From Microcoleus sp. (GTDB lineage Bacteria; Cyanobacteriota; Cyanobacteriia; Cyanobacteriales; Microcoleaceae), in the NCBI GenBank assembly GCA_052279835.1, contig CP181291.1:1-64000 (forward strand): a stretch of DNA of 64,000 nucleotides. Reading direction: 5' to 3'. Under the pieces are notes generated by a model. The model ran no database searches. It saw only the letters and a program-made list of their open reading frames with translations, and was not told where the DNA came from. Below, one piece after another: positions 61,916-64,000 of this stretch; position 1 is the first letter of the stretch, and each line of letters begins with the position of its first letter. Made by a program: the position numbers and the translations under genes.

Positions 61916-64000
61916 CTAAAATGGTGATACTTTATCACGTTCAACCTCCTCGCCGGGAGTCGTTTTCCCATCCAAAATTGTGTCATCATAGGGCGGATTT
62001 TGTGGGCGATCGCGTTTCGTAAAGCGATCGCGAGCCGAGACAATCACCACATACAAAACCGGGACAATAAACAAACTCAATAAAGTAGAAACCACCATTC
62101 CACCCGCGATCGCATTCCCCAGCGATCGGCGGCTCGCAGCCCCCGCACCTTCTGGGTTAACCAGAGGAGCAATACCCAAAACGAAAGACAGAGAAGTCAT
62201 CAAAATCGGTCGCAAACGCTCTTGAGACGCCTCAACAGCCGCTTTAGCAATGGGATACCCCTGCTCCCGCAACTGGTTAGCAAATTCCACGATTAAAATC
62301 GCATTTTTACTAGCCAACCCAATCAACATCACCAAACCAATCTGGCAATAAACATCATTCGCCAAACCCCGCAGCGACTGAGCTAAAAGTGCCCCTAAAA
62401 TTGCCAGAGGAACCGACAGCAAAATAATGAAAGGATCGACATAATTTTCGTACTGAGCCGCCAAAACTAAAAACACAAAAATCAATCCCAATCCGAAAAT
62501 AATCGGTGCTTGACCCCCCGACGCAATTTCTTCTAAAGAAGTCCCCGACCATTCATAGGCAAAACCCGACGGCAGAACTTGAGCTGCCACCTTTTCCATC
62601 GATTTAATTGCCTGTCCAGAACTCGCTCCCGGAGCCGGAGAGCCCGTAATTTCTATTGACCTGTATAAATTGTAGTGGTTAACAGTTTGCGCTCCCACCA
62701 CCGGCGTGAGCTTCACCAAATTGCTCAAAGAAATCATTTCATTTTTTCCAGAACGCACGTACAATTTCCCAATATCTTCAGGATTAGCGCGAAACTGTTT
62801 ATCCGCCTGCACATACACCCGATAATTGCGCTGCTGGAGATTAAAATCATTCACATACTGCGAACCCAGAGCCGTTTGTAGCGTACTGAAAATATCATTG
62901 ATGGGAATATCCAAAGCCTTAGCTCGATTGCGGTCAACTTCCACAATTAACTGAGGCGTATTCGCAGCAAACGTACTAAATACCGCCTGCAAGCCAGGAG
63001 TCTGATTCGCCTGCTTTAAAATCCCACCCATAGTTTGAACCAAAGCATCTAAACCACTGTTACCTTTGCGGTCTTGCAATTGAAATTGGAAGCCTCCAAA
63101 TTGACCTAAACCTTGAATAGCCGGCGGATTTACAGGGAAAATTCTAGCTTCGGGAATCTCGGAAAACTTACCCCGCAGCTTACCAATAATCCCTTGTACA
63201 GTTTGATCTTCTCCATGACGTTCTTTCCAGGGTTTAAGAGTAGTAAATATAATCCCCTGGTTGGAACTGTTACCACTAAAACCAAAACCACCTACAGAAA
63301 AAGTCCCCACAACTTCAGGAACTTTGAGGATTTCTTTTTCAACTCCGTCCATCACCTGCTGGGTGTATTGCAGCGAAACGCCCTGAGGCCCTTGAATAAT
63401 TGTCAAAAAATACCCTTGGTCTTCCTCTGGGATAAATGCTGTCGGTACTGATAAATAAAGCCAAGCTGTCAATCCCAGAGAAGCAATAAACAACAGGGTA
63501 ACAATGGTTTTAAATCGTGTTAAAAATATTAAGGAATCTCTATATTTGTTTTGCGTCCAATCCAGAAAAATATTAATGCGGTTAAACACCCAACCCAAGG
63601 GGCCACCAAACTTCTTACCTGGGCGCAGTAATATAGCGGCAAGTGAGGGAGTAAGAGTAACCGCCATAAACGTAGAAAGCAGCACTGAAAAAGCAATTGT
63701 CAGGGCAAATTGTTTATAGAGAGCGCCCGTTGTCCCAGGGAAAAAAGCCACGGGTACGAACACGGCCATCAATACTAAGGAAGTGGCAATTACAGCACTA
63801 AAAAGTTCCCGCATTGACTCAGAAGCTGCTTGGCGGGTATTCATACCTTGGCGGACAAGACGGTCAATATTTTCGACTACTATGATAGCGTCATCAACCA
63901 CTAAACCTGTTGCTAAGGTAAGACCAAATAGAGACAAACTGTTAATCGTAAATCCGAAAGCTTTGATAAAGGCAAATGTCCCAATCAAGGAAATGGGAAT
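61916..64000 (-). CDS. RND efflux permease (HAE1/AcrB family), 3' part
   Basis: GLVVDDAIIVVEN, GLASKNAILIVEFA and RLRPILMT. Runs off the right edge. Confidence 0.93.
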   Translation of the reverse strand: MPISLIGTFAFIKAFGFTINSLSLFGLTLATGLVVDDAIIVVENIDRLVRQGMNTRQAASESMRELFSAVIATSLVLMAVFVPVAFFPGTTGALYKQFALTIAFSVLLSTFMAVTLTPSLAAILLRPGKKFGGPLGWVFNRINIFLDWTQNKYRDSLIFLTRFKTIVTLLFIASLGLTAWLYLSVPTAFIPEEDQGYFLTIIQGPQGVSLQYTQQVMDGVEKEILKVPEVVGTFSVGGFGFSGNSSNQGIIFTTLKPWKERHGEDQTVQGIIGKLRGKFSEIPEARIFPVNPPAIQGLGQFGGFQFQLQDRKGNSGLDALVQTMGGILKQANQTPGLQAVFSTFAANTPQLIVEVDRNRAKALDIPINDIFSTLQTALGSQYVNDFNLQQRNYRVYVQADKQFRANPEDIGKLYVRSGKNEMISLSNLVKLTPVVGAQTVNHYNLYRSIEITGSPAPGASSGQAIKSMEKVAAQVLPSGFAYEWSGTSLEEIASGGQAPIIFGLGLIFVFLVLAAQYENYVDPFIILLSVPLAILGALLAQSLRGLANDVYCQIGLVMLIGLASKNAILIVEFANQLREQGYPIAKAAVEASQERLRPILMTSLSFVLGIAPLVNPEGAGAASRRSLGNAIAGGMVVSTLLSLFIVPVLYVVIVSARDRFTKRDRPQNPPYDDTILDGKTTPGEEVERDKVSPF

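Overview
Genomic window from a filamentous cyanobacterium. The HIP1 octamer GCGATCGC is very frequent, apcD is present, and the repeat families look Oscillatoriales/Microcoleus-like (taxonomy is inference). From left to right: (1) a Wsp-like chemosensory operon with a WspR-like receiver running off the left edge; (2) a defence patch with a NACHT NTPase, two toxin-antitoxin (TA) pairs and rtcB; (3) a nonsense-inactivated beta-propeller gene between two ~200-bp direct repeats, then an RND pump; (4) a complete cas6-less type III-B variant CRISPR-Cas locus (WYL regulator, cas10, cmr3, cmr4, cmr5, cmr6-cmr1 fusion, CARF-HEPN effector, csx18, cas1, cas2, and 29 repeats/28 spacers); (5) an S8 protease and an LGFP/C39 peptidase; (6) about 9 kb of TA modules and orphan antitoxins whose junctions carry HIP1 sites; (7) housekeeping genes purM, rlpA, panC-cmk, a polysaccharide deacetylase, apcD, modA, modBC and a partial RND pump. 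The most novel-looking signals are an integron-like array of TA/defence cassettes delimited by a conserved two-HIP1 hairpin (including an uncharacterised 3-gene cassette), evidence of HIP1-linked promoter and gene shuffling, a perfect 52-bp palindrome between two convergent consensus promoters, orphan IS605/TnpB omega-RNA-like ends in front of apcD, and a small membrane-protein ORF right after the CRISPR array. All family assignments come from motif recognition by eye; no database searches were run.
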